NCBI GenBank assembly: GCA_951406725.2
Contig: OX597820.1
Location: forward strand, 59,582,001 to 59,646,000
Origin: Octopus vulgaris
Lineage: Eukaryota
Direction: 5' to 3'
Length of the DNA stretch: 64,000 nucleotides
The translations under genes and the position numbers were made by a program. Within the stretch, counting starts at the first letter, position 1; the number at the start of each line of letters is the position of its first letter. The notes beneath the pieces were generated by a model, which did no database searches, was not told the DNA's origin, and saw nothing but the letters and a program-made list of their open reading frames with translations. Shown here one piece after another: positions 47,170-60,720 of this stretch.

Positions 47170-47570
47170 ACACGCATATATCCACTGAATATGGCCAATA
47201 ATATTCCAAAACACTACTGGGTTGAAAATGTAATCAGTTCACTGATAAACGCTTGGTACACTCACCAAAACGATTGTGTAAAAGCTAATGTTTACAGTAA
47301 ACTCGCTGAAAAATTAGCAAAACATTCAGAAGACGATACAAAAAACACGGACGGGTCATTCGAAGCCTTCAATCTTCAGTGAAGAACCGGATCATCCTCG
47401 CAATTTCGGCTGATTAATTTTGAGATTGCTCCAATCTGACCAGCCCCAAGGAAAAACTAAGCTAAGCGCATTAGATTCCTTGGAAAAAAGCTTCGAATGT
47501 ATACGAAACAAGGACAGAAAAACGGACGATGTTATACGAATATGAATACAAAAATAACACGAAATAACAA
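47170..47570 (-). mobile_element. Probable Penelope-related interspersed repeat
   Basis: Contains CTGAAGA..CGAA and CCGAAA motifs on minus, resembling PLE terminal motifs; no protein evidence. Confidence 0.3.
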
Positions 47571-48427
47571 TAATAATATATATATATGCGACAGGCTTCT
47601 TTTAGTTTCCATATACCAAATCCACCAGACTATAGTAAAGACAGTTGCACAAAGTACAGTGCAGTGGAACAGAAACCGGAACCATTTCGTCGGAAAGCAA
47701 ATATTATACCACAGAGCCGCCTGCGCCTACACACAGATTGCAGCCACATCTTCCTCGAATCGTAGCATAGTGTTTAGAAGAGTCACGTGGTATAAGGTAG
47801 TTTTAAATGCAGTGAAATCGAAAAACAAAAAGTACGGGAAGATATGGTTGGTTGGGATCATCGGCGAGGTCGATCAATACTTACCTAGGGTTAAATAATA
47901 TCAAACCTATATAGCATTTTTTATCATCTCTCTTTTAAGCTGCCGTGTGTATGACATATGTGATGGCATGTATGGTCTACACAGGTGCCGGAACTGATCT
48001 TTTTAGGTGCACTCGAATTTTGATAAAGGTTTTAAAAATGCATTTAACCCTGTGAGTGAGTGAGTGAGTGAGTGAGTGAGTGAGTGAGTGTGAGTGTGTG
48101 TGTGTGTGCGCGCGCGCGAAAATATTACCTAACGGCAAATATGATCGGATAAAGGCCCTTTGGCATGTTCAACAAGGCGATAATCAGAACATGAAAATTC
48201 AGTCATCTCTATGTTCACAATGTACACACACACAGACATGCACACCTCACGTACACACACACACAGGCAAACACACACATAAAGCTGAAGATATAAGTAT
48301 AGACACACATACATACATTATATATATGTATGCCCAAAATGCCACGCAGTCGGACTGAACCCGGAACTCTATGGGTGGTAAGCGAGCTACTTACCTCACA
48401 GTCAGTCCTACGCCTATATAAATATAT

Positions 48428-48429
<2 letters not shown>

Positions 48430-48506
<77 letters not shown>
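48430..48506 (+). repeat. (GATA)n microsatellite
   Basis: Perfect tandem GATA. Confidence 0.95.
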
Positions 48507-48507
48507 T

Positions 48508-50173
48508 AATCATCATCATCATCGTTTAACGTCCGTTTTCCGCGCTAGCACGGGTTGGACGGTTCGACTGGGGTCTGGGAAGCCAGGGGCTGCACCTGGC
48601 TCCAGTCTGATCTGGCAGTGTTTCTACAGCTGGATGCCCTTCTTAACGCCAACTACTCCGCGAGTGTAGTGAGTGCTTTTTACGTGCCACCTGCACAGGT
48701 GCCAGGGGGGTCTGGCATCGGCCACGATTGGTTGGTGCTTTTAACGTGCCACCGGCACGGAAGCCAGCCGAGGCGGCGCTGGCATCGGCCACGTTCGGAT
48801 GGTGCTTTTTATGTGCCACCGGCACAGAAGCCAGTCGAGGCGGCGCTGGCATCGGCCACGTTCGGATGATGCTTTTTATGTGCCACCGGCACAGAAGCCA
48901 GTCGAGGCGGCGCTGGCAACGGCCACGTTTGGATGGTGCTTTTTATGTGCCACCGGCACAGGTATCACAACTACTATTTCCATTGATATTTGTTTCGATG
49001 TTCATGTACATGCACTTGACTCAACAGGTCTCCTCAAGCACAGCGAGATGTTCTGGGATCCAAGGTACTTTGAATGGGCAGGGGCTATGCGGAACTGGTG
49101 CCGGAAGCATCCCGGGTCTTTGCAGTCACAGCACATCTCCAGAGATCTCGGTCCTTCGCCATTGCCTCAGTGAGGCCCAACGCTCTGAGGTCATGCTTGA
49201 CAACCTCATCTCATGTCTTCCTGGGTCTACCTATCCCCCTGATTCCTTCAACTGTTTGGGAGCGGCACTTCTTCACACATCTCTCCTCATCCATCCACAG
49301 TACATGACCATACCATCGCAAGCGTCGCTCTTGCACACCACATCTGATGCTTCTTATGCCCAGCATTTCTCTCAGGGTGCTTACACTCTGTCGTGCGTTC
49401 ACACTGACATTACACATCCAGCGGATCATGCTAGCTTCATTTCTTTCAAGTCTACGCATGTCCTCTGCAGTCACGGCCCATGTTTCACTATCGTGAAGCA
49501 TGGCAGTTCGCACACATGCATCATACAATCTACCTTTCACTCTGATTGAGAGACCCTTTGTCGCCAGTAGGGGTAGGAGCTTTCTAAACTTTGCTCAGGC
49601 TATTCGTATTCTAGTGGTGACACTCTCTGAGCATCCACCTTCACTACTAACTTGGTCACCCAGGTAGCGGAAACTATCAACTACTTCTAGTTTCTCCCCC
49701 TGGGGTGTGATGGAATCTGTTTTCTGAGTATTTGTGGTGTCTATTGTCCCTGTGCATCTGCCGCACATGAAAGCTATCTTATCAATTAATTTCCCTTTGA
49801 TGTTGCTGCACCTCTTATGCGTCCATAGCTTACACTGGATGCATCTTATGGAGTTTCTACCTACACCTTTCCTACAGATCGAGCAGGGCCACCTGCCCGA
49901 TGGGGTGTGTGCTGAGTTCGCCTTTCTGCTTACTATAACTTTGGTCTTTGCTACATTTACTCTAAGGCCCTTTGACTCTAACCCTTGTTTCCACACCCGA
50001 AATTTCTTTTCTAGTTCCGGTAGTGATTCTGCTATGAGAGCCAGGTCATCAGCATAGAGGAGCTCCCAGGGGCAACCTGTTTTGAATTCCTCTGTTATTG
50101 CCTGGAGGACTATGATGAATAAAAGGGGAATGAGGGCTGAGATTTGGTGTACACCTACTTCTACCAGGAATTC

Positions 50174-50175
<2 letters not shown>
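48508..50175 (-). mobile_element. RTE-clade LINE 3' half (PHD-finger-containing family) with (GAT)n tail
   Basis: VGVHQ, LLYADDL, PHD-like CSICRKGVGRNSIRCIQCKLWTHKRC..CGRC, RLRWYGHV; 3' end ggacgttaaacgatgatgat. Confidence 0.92.
48672..48962. repeat. ~67-bp GC-rich minisatellite inside the RTE 3' UTR (~4 copies)
   Basis: gtgctttttatgtgccaccggcacagaagccagtcgaggcggcgctggcatcggccacgttcggatg at ~48735, 48802, 48869 and 48936. Confidence 0.9.
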
Positions 50176-50225
<50 letters not shown>

Positions 50226-50489
50226 TACATACATACATACATACATACATACATACATACATACATACATACATACATACATACATACATAGGGACAACA
50301 AAATACCAAATAAAATATGATGACCTCGAAGACAGAATATTCCGGAATTGGTAACTTGATCTGTTAACACTTTTGAATTAATAAAGAGTCCAAAGTAAGA
50401 ATGCTGTGTGTGTGTGTGGTAGGTTGTATGCATATATCTGATAATAGCGATAATGAGATACACACCTGTATACACATACCAAACTACTA

Positions 50490-53400
50490 AACACCCAATA
50501 ACACCAACATGAAATATGTATCCTCTGACAAAGTGGCAAATCAAATAGGTAACTCTTTTTTACTGTCTTACCTAGATAATATGAAGGCCGACCTAAGCCA
50601 GGATATCCAACGAGCTATCAGCAACCACCTATGCAAATCACAAGGACCACACACCCACTACCAACAAGAAAATCATACACACACAGCTCCATATAAGAAC
50701 TACCCACATTGTTACCACTGAACAACATAAAACACAACTTAGAACAAGGCAAACATCAAACTCCCCTTACCTCGACATTCCTGTTAAATGTACGTGGCAT
50801 CAACCCATCAATTATTGCCCAAAAATGGAAGATCCCATATATAGAGAGTTGGCTTGCTGAATCGGCACATTGCTTCCCTTCCTTTATCCTTACTGAGACT
50901 CACATGAACAACACCCATATGGACGCCGAGGTGAAAATAAAGATTTCACCATTGTTCGTGTGGATCGCACAGACCGAAATAAGGGAGGGACAGCCATCTT
51001 TATCCATGACTCCTTTTCACTTGATGCCAAAGACATATTTTCCAATGGCTATTGGGAATCGGTATCACTATTCAGCAAGGCCAAGGACATAATCATTGTT
51101 GGTCTTTACAGGCCTCCCCAAGCACCTCTAAAGTGCTTTGAAGAGTGCCTTAGTAAAGTCAAGTCCTTCATTCGGAAGTACAACTCCGGAAACATACTAG
51201 TGATGGGTGATTTTAACCTCCCTTATGTGAACTGGCCCACAAATACTCTGAAGTTAGGCAAATGCTCTACATCAGATAGAGCAGCAGCAGAACTGCTCTT
51301 TAATCTAATGGATGAATACTTGCTGACTCAGCTAGTGCTCGAACCAACGAGACAGAATAAAACGATCTTGGATCTGGTATTGACCAATCACTCTAGCTTC
51401 GTTCACAGTATTTCAGTTGAAAAAACTATCCTCTCAGACCACGACATGATACTCTGCAATTTCAATTCCCGACATATAAAAACCAAACCAGCCAATACCA
51501 CTCCATGGCACTCATTTGACAACATAAACTTCCACAAAGCGGACTGGGGAGCAACCAGAAAGGATCTGTCTTGCATCGACTTGTCTTTCACTCTCAATTC
51601 CATCCATACTGAGACCGCATGGCAGCACTTTGAAAACATTGTCACCTATACATGCGCTAAACACGCTCCCATGAAATCTACTAACACAAACAGAAACTGG
51701 CTCCCTAAAAAGAAAAAAACACTCATCAGGCGCATCAAAAGACTCAACAAACAAAATCAACCAATTAAAATATTCCCACATACACAATCCAAATTCAACA
51801 ACAATGAAAAGGCTAGAGCTGGAAAAACTTCATCTACAGAACGACATGAAAACCTCCATTGAAAATCAAAGAGCTGTGGAGGAACAGTGGGTAATCAAAA
51901 ACATCAAACAGAACCCAAAAGTGTTCTATTCTTATGCAAATAAGCATAGAACCACTGTCTCACCCATTGGGCCATTGATTGATGATAACGGCATTCCCCA
52001 ACACGATACTAAAGAAATGGCAGAAATACTGCAGAAATAATATTGCTTTGTCTGATATTGACACAAGAGAAGCGACCGAAGTTGACCCTCAACATAAAAT
52101 CTCAGACATAACCTTCACTGCCACTGACATCACAGCAGCAATAAATGAGATCAAATACTACTCTGCTGTAGGCCCTGATAGATTCCCTGCTAGTCTCCTG
52201 AAGGAATGTAGACACCAACTTGCAGTCCCTCTGACCAACCTCTGGAGAAATTCGTTAGACGCAGGTTATATACCGAAACAGTTTCTATCCCAGTCAGTCA
52301 TCCCGGTTTTCAAACAGGGAAACAGATCCCTCGCACTCAACTATCGCCCAATCTCACTCACCTCCCACATCATCAAAGTGTTTGAAAGAGTGTTAAGATC
52401 AAGGATAGCTGACTTCCTGGAGACCCACAAACTCCTAAATGCAAATCAGCATGGCTTTCGCTGAGGCAGGGACTGTCTAACACAGCTCTTACACCACATT
52501 GAAGATGTACTCAAAGCCTTGGGAACAGGTTCGAACTCTGATGTCATATATCTTGACTTCAGTAAAGCGTTCGACAGGGTAGACCATAATATCCTACTCT
52601 CAAAATTGGCAAATGTTGGAATCCGTGTAAAAAGTTCTACACTAGATCAAGTATTTCCAGGCGAATATAACACAACATGTTGTAGTTGATGGAGTCCACT
52701 CAAGCCCAGCATAAGTCACCAGCGGTGTCCCCCAGGGGACTATTTTGGGTCTGCTACTCTTCATAATTTACATAAACGACCTTTCCAGTGTCGTACATTA
52801 CTGCAAAGTGAAAATATTTGCTGATGACACTAAGCTCCAGCAAATCGTCAATGAAGAAGCAGACCGAACTCAACTCCAGTCTGATCTATATGCTGTGAGT
52901 CAATGGGCACACAGAGACAAAATGCAACTGAACAAGGGAAAATTTGAGTTGATGCATTTTGGAAGAAATTCCTCAATAAAAGGGGAACCGCTTACAGCCT
53001 CTAACAATATCAGACCTGGGTGTAATTGTTGATGACGATCTCAGTTGGAGTGCACACATCAACAAGAAGGTCGATATAGCACGTAGGATGAGTTCCTGGA
53101 TCTTAAGAACTTTCCGGTCCAGAGAACAAGGTGTCATCATACCACTTTTCTCCTCCTTTGTACGGCCACACCTCGAATACTGCTGCCCACTGTGGTCTCT
53201 TCACACAAGACAAAACATCTCCAGAATTGAGTCACCCCAGAGGGCACTCACTAAACGAATTGAAGGCATGGCTGCTGTCGATTATTGGGATCGCCTTAAA
53301 GCCTTGAACCTTTACTCCCTCCAGCATCGCCGTGAGCGGTACATCATTTGTACGATGTGGAAAATATACCGCCAACTAAGCCCAAACGACCTAAACATTA

Positions 53401-53770
53401 GCTTCAAGGTTCATCCAAGACTTGGACCACGGGCTATACGTCCCCTGCCCAATTCAAGATCACAACATACATGTACACTGCAACATAATTTCTTTTCCTC
53501 AACAGGCCCTGCCCTATTTAACATTGTCCCGAAAGAGATCAAAGAGGAACAGGATCCCATCAACTTTAAACGGAGTCTGGATAGATTCCTTCAAGGAATA
53601 CCAGATAAGCCACCCATAATTGGATACAACTCACCCAACAAAAACTCACTACTTGAATGGACCATAAACAAAACTTGACTTAAACAGGATTCAAATAATC
53701 CTATCAGGTGGTGCTATTAAGTTAGACATGGCCTGGACCAATCTTTGGTGGAAACATATCAAGGTTTATC
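50490..53770 (+). mobile_element. CR1-group LINE family A, near-complete ORF2 (APE + RT), pseudogenised
   Basis: LLNVRGI..TETH, GDFNLP, SDH, YLDFSKAFD, FADDTK, LEYCCPLWS; several stops/frameshifts; 3' UTR stem-loop at 53706-53757. The 5' boundary is uncertain. Confidence 0.92.
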
Positions 53771-53987
53771 TAAGTTTATATACAAACATACAAACATGTA
53801 TATACAAATCTATATACAAACATATATACAAATATATATATACAGACATATATATACAAATATATATATACAAACATATATATATATATACAAACATATA
53901 TACAAACACATATATACAAATATATATACAAACATATATACACAAATATATATACAAACATATACATACAAATATATATACAAACAT
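53770..53987 (+). repeat. (TATATACAAA/CATATA) low-complexity tract
   Basis: Degenerate tandem AT/CA repeat after the LINE tail. Confidence 0.85.
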
Positions 53988-54590
53988 ATGACCCTCTCCG
54001 TAACCTTCATTACCTGATCCAACAGCTTGATACCTCTGTATTTATTTGTATCTAAAGCGTCACCTTTACCTTTGTAGCAGTTGACTATTATGCTGCTACA
54101 CCAGTCATTGGGTATGACTCCTTCGTGTATCAACTGGTTAACTATACGGGTGACTAGGCTATAACCAACACTGCCAGATATTTTGAGCCTCTCTGCAGTA
54201 ATTCCTGATGGACCTGGGGCTTTCCCTGTCTTCATACTTCTAATTATCTTATCTACCAAAGAACTGTCAACTCGGATAGCTGGTCCCTCAGTTGGGTCGA
54301 CATTCGGCAGACTCTCTTTCTCCCATTCATTGTCTTTATTCAGCAACCTTTCATAGTGGCGTCTCCAAACCTCTCTCTTTGCAGCCACATTTAGCGCAAG
54401 TGAACCATTATCCATGCGAACACATTTCTCTCCTACCACATCACGATTCTCTCTCACACACTGTCTTGCAACACGAAATATCTCAAGTCTTTTGTCCTCA
54501 CATCGCAGAACATTGGCAAATTTTTTCTTATCTGCTTCTCCTATGGCTAAATAAACCTGCCTCCTAGCTTCCCTTCTGGCAGTCTGACAC
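53987..54590 (-). mobile_element. RTE-clade LINE upstream RT segment (same family as 48508-50175)
   Basis: MKTGKAPGPSGITAE, YKGKGDALD, YRGIKLLDQVMKVTERV. Confidence 0.9.
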
Positions 54591-54968
54591 ACTTCACCCA
54601 TATAGTTAATCAGGATATATAGAAAGGTATTATACCCAATGACTGGCATAGCAGCATTGTAGTCAACTGTTATAGGAAGACAGACGTTAAATGATGTTGA
54701 TATATTTTTTAGTATACATAACTGACTTCTACACGTCCTTCATGGATGATTCTATGATCCACAAAAACAGATGAATTATATCCAAAATGCTAATGTTGCT
54801 GCTACCAAAAGGTATTGAGGACTTGATGCTTTTTGTTTCAGTAGAGTTGCCCTTCCAACTATAATCATCCTTATTTCTTTTAAATCTCTGAATTATCACC
54901 ATTATCCCATTGCATGACATTTTGAGTCTATTGGGTACCTGGAAAATGAATAAAACCAGTCGTGTGTA

Positions 54969-55470
54969 TCTCTTATTATAAAAGGCAGATTTTATCTGCC
55001 TCCCTTTGGGAGTTATACAAATCTACAATATAGGATTTCTTCAATTACAATTTACCTTGCATTTTTAAGAGTACAATGCATTGCGTCATGCCAGCTCCAG
55101 TTTTTAAAATTTAAACTCCAGTTAAGCAAAATTTACAGAAAACTCACATTCTGGTGTGTGTGTCAAATGCTTTTCTTAGTCTGGTTTACACCACACGCAA
55201 ACGCACACACACAGTGGGCAACGAATAAAATGAAACTAATTCACTTACTGTAGTGAGTGATTCTTTCACTCTGCCTCCCACTTCTTCTTTCCACACAGAC
55301 ACGCAAATATATAAATAAAATTGTAAGCTAACGTGCGTGTGTGTGAGTGGGTGGGTGTGGGTGTGCGCGTGTGTGTGTGTGTGTGAGGGTGCGTGTGTGT
55401 GTGTGTGTGTGCGCGTGTGTGTGAGTGTGTGACAGGAAAGTTTTTTTACGACGAATATAATACCTATATC
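54969..55470 (+). mobile_element. Possible non-autonomous Helitron, 5' part
   Basis: Starts A|TCTCTTATTATAAAA (Helitron-type 5' end); no CTAG/hairpin 3' end found. Confidence 0.35.
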
Positions 55471-55482
55471 CAAGTAGCAGAA

Positions 55483-55970
55483 AGATAAGACAGTAAGGTG
55501 TGATTTGAGGGAGATTTGGCTGCTATTTCTACCATGTCTAGCTGCCATGTAGGGGTCTCCCTCATAGGCTCATACATACATATATATATACATAGATAAG
55601 ACAGTAAGGTGTGATTTGGGGGAAATTTGGCTGCTATTTCTACCAAGTCTAGCTGCCATGTAGGGGTCTCCCTCATAGGCTCATACATACATATATACAT
55701 AGATAAGACAGTAAGGTGTGATTTGGGGGAAATTTGGCTGCTATTTCTACCAGGTCTAGCTGCCATGAGGGGTCTCCCTCATAGGCTCATACATACATAT
55801 ATACATAGATAAGACAGTAAGGTGTGATTTGGGGGAAATTTGGCTGCTATTTCTACCAGGTCTAGCTACCATGTAGAGGTCCCCCTCATTGGCTCATATA
55901 TATATATACATACATAAGACAGTAAGGTGTGATTTGAGGGAGATTTGGCTGCTGTTTCTACCAGGTCTGT
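55483..55970 (+). repeat. ~107-bp minisatellite (~4.5 copies)
   Basis: gataagacagtaaggtgtgatttg(a/g)gggaratttggctgctatttctacca..ctcataggctcatacatac at ~55484, 55595, 55702, 55807 and 55913. Confidence 0.9.
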
Positions 55971-56331
55971 TAGGCCTTCTCATGTAAACTCAAGCTTTCT
56001 CATGCCTTCAACATATGACCAAAGCAGAGAATGTATTCTTTTATTCTTCTGCTTTTTCCAGCCATTGGTCTGTGGCCATGCTGGGACAATGCCTTGAAGA
56101 ATTGTAGTTTAATGAATCAACTCCAGTTTTATTTTTGTAAGCATTGTACTTATTCTATCTGTTTCCTTTGTCAAACCACTAGGTGACAGGGATGTAAACA
56201 AACCAACATTCGTTGTCAAGCAGTGGTGGAGGACAATCACAAGCACAGACACGCACACACACACACACACACACATACATGCATACACATATACACACAT
56301 ACATACATATATATATATGTGTATATATATA

Positions 56332-56590
56332 TTGCAGCGTGGAAGGTGTTTGTAAGCCATTTAAGAAACACACAAAAACCGTTACATTCACTTCAACATT
56401 TAAATTTAATTTGCCAAAATATTTTCGTCGCTTTGAGACCGCCACCTGTTCACTGACAAAAATATCGTGCTAACAGGTCGCGGTCTCAAAGCGACGAAAA
56501 TATTTTGACAAATTAAATTTAAATGTTGAAGTGAATCTAACGGTTTTTGTGTGTTTCTTAAATGGCTTATAAACACCTTCAACGCTGCAA
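56332..56590. repeat. Long near-perfect inverted repeat (119-bp arms, 21-nt loop); fold-back/MITE-like element
   Basis: 56332-56450 is the reverse complement of 56472-56590 with ~5 mismatches. Confidence 0.9.
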
Positions 56591-56662
56591 CTGTTTTCGT
56601 TCCAGCACACGATCTCAGATCAAGTCACTTGCTATGCAAGTACATCTCTGTAACTATATATA

Positions 56663-56699
<37 letters not shown>

Positions 56700-56760
56700 G
56701 TAAAAACAGTAAGATAACAAAAGAAAGAAAGAGACCTCAATATTATGTAAATAGAGGAAA

Positions 56761-57154
56761 TCTTTATAGATAAAAGTGAGGTTGTGTGTCTGTCTCCTAC
56801 GATTTAGATTCCTAACTACTCCCACATTTTGCGGTGCAGTTTAACCAAAACCGGGTATCTTATAGTCGTGATTCATATCGAGACCGTCTGGGTATTAGCG
56901 CGCGTCTACGATGAGTCTACGATTTATAAAAAAATTTACCATCAATTTTTCCAATTTTTAATACATTTTTGACATATATAAGGGAAGTAACTCTCTAAAA
57001 TTTATTATTAAATCTCAGAACGTAAAAAGCTACAGTAACACCCCTCCCCTTTGTGGTTAGCCATATTGAGATGGCTATTATACTTTACATCTCTAAAAAT
57101 GCTTATATAATTATTTCCCTTACAAACCCGAGCAACGCCGGGCGATACTGCTAG
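56761..57154 (+). mobile_element. Non-autonomous Helitron (394 bp)
   Basis: A|TCTTTATAGATAAAA 5' end; subterminal hairpin cccgagcaacgccggg; CTAG|T 3' end; no TSD. Confidence 0.85.
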
Positions 57155-57167
57155 TGTGTATATATAT

Positions 57168-57455
57168 GAGTGGCTGTGTGGTAAGTAGCTTGCTTACGAA
57201 CCACATGGTTCCGGGTTCTATCCCAATGCATGGCACCTTGGGCAAGTGTCTTCTACTATAGCCTTGTGAGTGGATTTGGTAGACGGAAACTGAAGGAAGC
57301 CCGCCATGTGTATATATATATATTTGAGAGTTTGTGTATGTATATGTTCGTCCCCACCAACATCGCTTGGCAACCGATGCTGTGTTTACTGCAAAAGAGA
57401 CCGATAGAATAAGTACTAGGCTTACAAAGAATAAGTCCTGGGATCGATTTGCTCC
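57168..57455 (+). mobile_element. Octopus OK/OR-type SINE, 3'-truncated
   Basis: gagtggctgtgtggtaagtagcttgc..ggttccgggttc..ataagtactaggcttacaaagaataagtcctggg. Confidence 0.85.
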
Positions 57456-57754
57456 ATCAAAAAAGAGAGAAAAACACGTTTTCACTCTCTAAATATCGAC
57501 TTCTTTCATAAACAACCAAGTTGATTTGTTATTGGGCTCCTAGACTGAACAATTGCATGATCTTGTATGGATCTGAGAGTAATTTGACTGCTATTTCTAG
57601 CCACCCCAAGTTAGCCTTGTTAATCATGTGAACGTCTAAAGAACTGAAAGTTATTTTAACAGTTGACAAACCAAATTCTAGTCAAGAACTCGTTTAAAAA
57701 TTGCTGAGCCTTAACAGAAACCATTAACATTTGAAGTAATAGACTTATTTTTAA

Positions 57755-57789
<35 letters not shown>

Positions 57790-57939
57790 TGTGTGTGTCT
57801 GTTTGTCCCCAAACATTGCTACACAACGGATGTTAGTCTGTTTACGTCCCCATAACTTAGAGGTTCAGCGAAAGAGATTGATAGAATAAGTACTAGGCCT
57901 ACAAAGAATAAGTCCTGGGGTCGATATGCTCGACTGAAG

Positions 57940-57984
<45 letters not shown>

Positions 57985-58990
57985 CTGGAGCGCCGCCTTT
58001 AGTCGAGCACATCATACACAGCACTTCTTTGTAAGCCTAGTATTTATTCTAACTTGTTCTCTTTTGCCGAACCGCTAAAATACAGGGAGTAAAACACACC
58101 TCTATCGGTTAAAAGCATCAACAACTACAGTCAATCGAAGATAATGACCAAACTGTCTACCAATTCAGACACTCAAACACGCTGACAAACACAGAAATGA
58201 AGACAGTTACATACCTGCACATGCACAAACACACAGACATACACATATAGAAATGAAAAATACACACTTACACATTCAAACTCTCACACTCACACAAACA
58301 CACACACGCACCCACACACAGAAATGAAAACACAGTTACACAATCACACATAAAACCCTAACCCTAACTAGCACAAACATACAATTTATTCAGAATGTAA
58401 AGGGGCATTGGGTGCTTTGCACTAGCAGTTAGAATATCAGCTCCCTCCACGCCAGTATGAGAATTTCTTTCATCCACTTGTGAAATTAATACATTGTCGA
58501 CACATGACAAAAATATGAGCAACATCTGAAGTCACTAAAGGTGCAATAAATTGAACTTATTTTGATTTAGTAGTTAGTGATCTCAAATGTGGGTATCTTA
58601 GCAATGGTCAGTGTCGCACACACACAAGCAAATAGAAACACTCAGTCGCTCACACACTCGCGCACACAGAAATAAAAACACTCTCTCTCACACACACACA
58701 CACACACACAAACACTGAAATGAAAATACCCACACTCACATAAATAAAAACAGTCCCACACTCACAAGGAGCCCCAATAGGTATATAAAAAAAGTTTCTA
58801 GTATCTTTCCTAGCCCATAATTTATGATAATTGTAGTTCTAACAATAAATAAATACCTACTAATTCAGTACATCGAACATTACGTCCCCGTAAATTATCG
58901 GTTCTGCAAAAGAGAACAATACGTTAAGTACTAGGAATACAAAAATAAGTCCTGGGGTCTATTTGCTCGACTAAATGCGGTACACCACAA
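57790..58990. repeat. Proximal copy of the subtelomeric spacer modules
   Basis: Matches 16605-16745, 17020-17170 and 24110-24860. Confidence 0.75.
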
Positions 58991-59159
58991 TTTAATAACA
59001 ATAATATAATTATATGCAAGGTAAGTAAATCTATATGATATTTTGTAGTTATCTCACTAACTTACGGTGACGTAAACACATCAGAATCGGTTGTCAAGCA
59101 ATTTTGAGGACAAAAACGCAGACAGAAACATAGACACACACATACATATGTGTGTGCGT

Positions 59160-60720
<1,561 letters not shown>

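Noticed and set aside
48728-49549. 273-aa plus-strand ORF
   Set aside because: Antisense of the RTE LINE and its 67-bp repeat.
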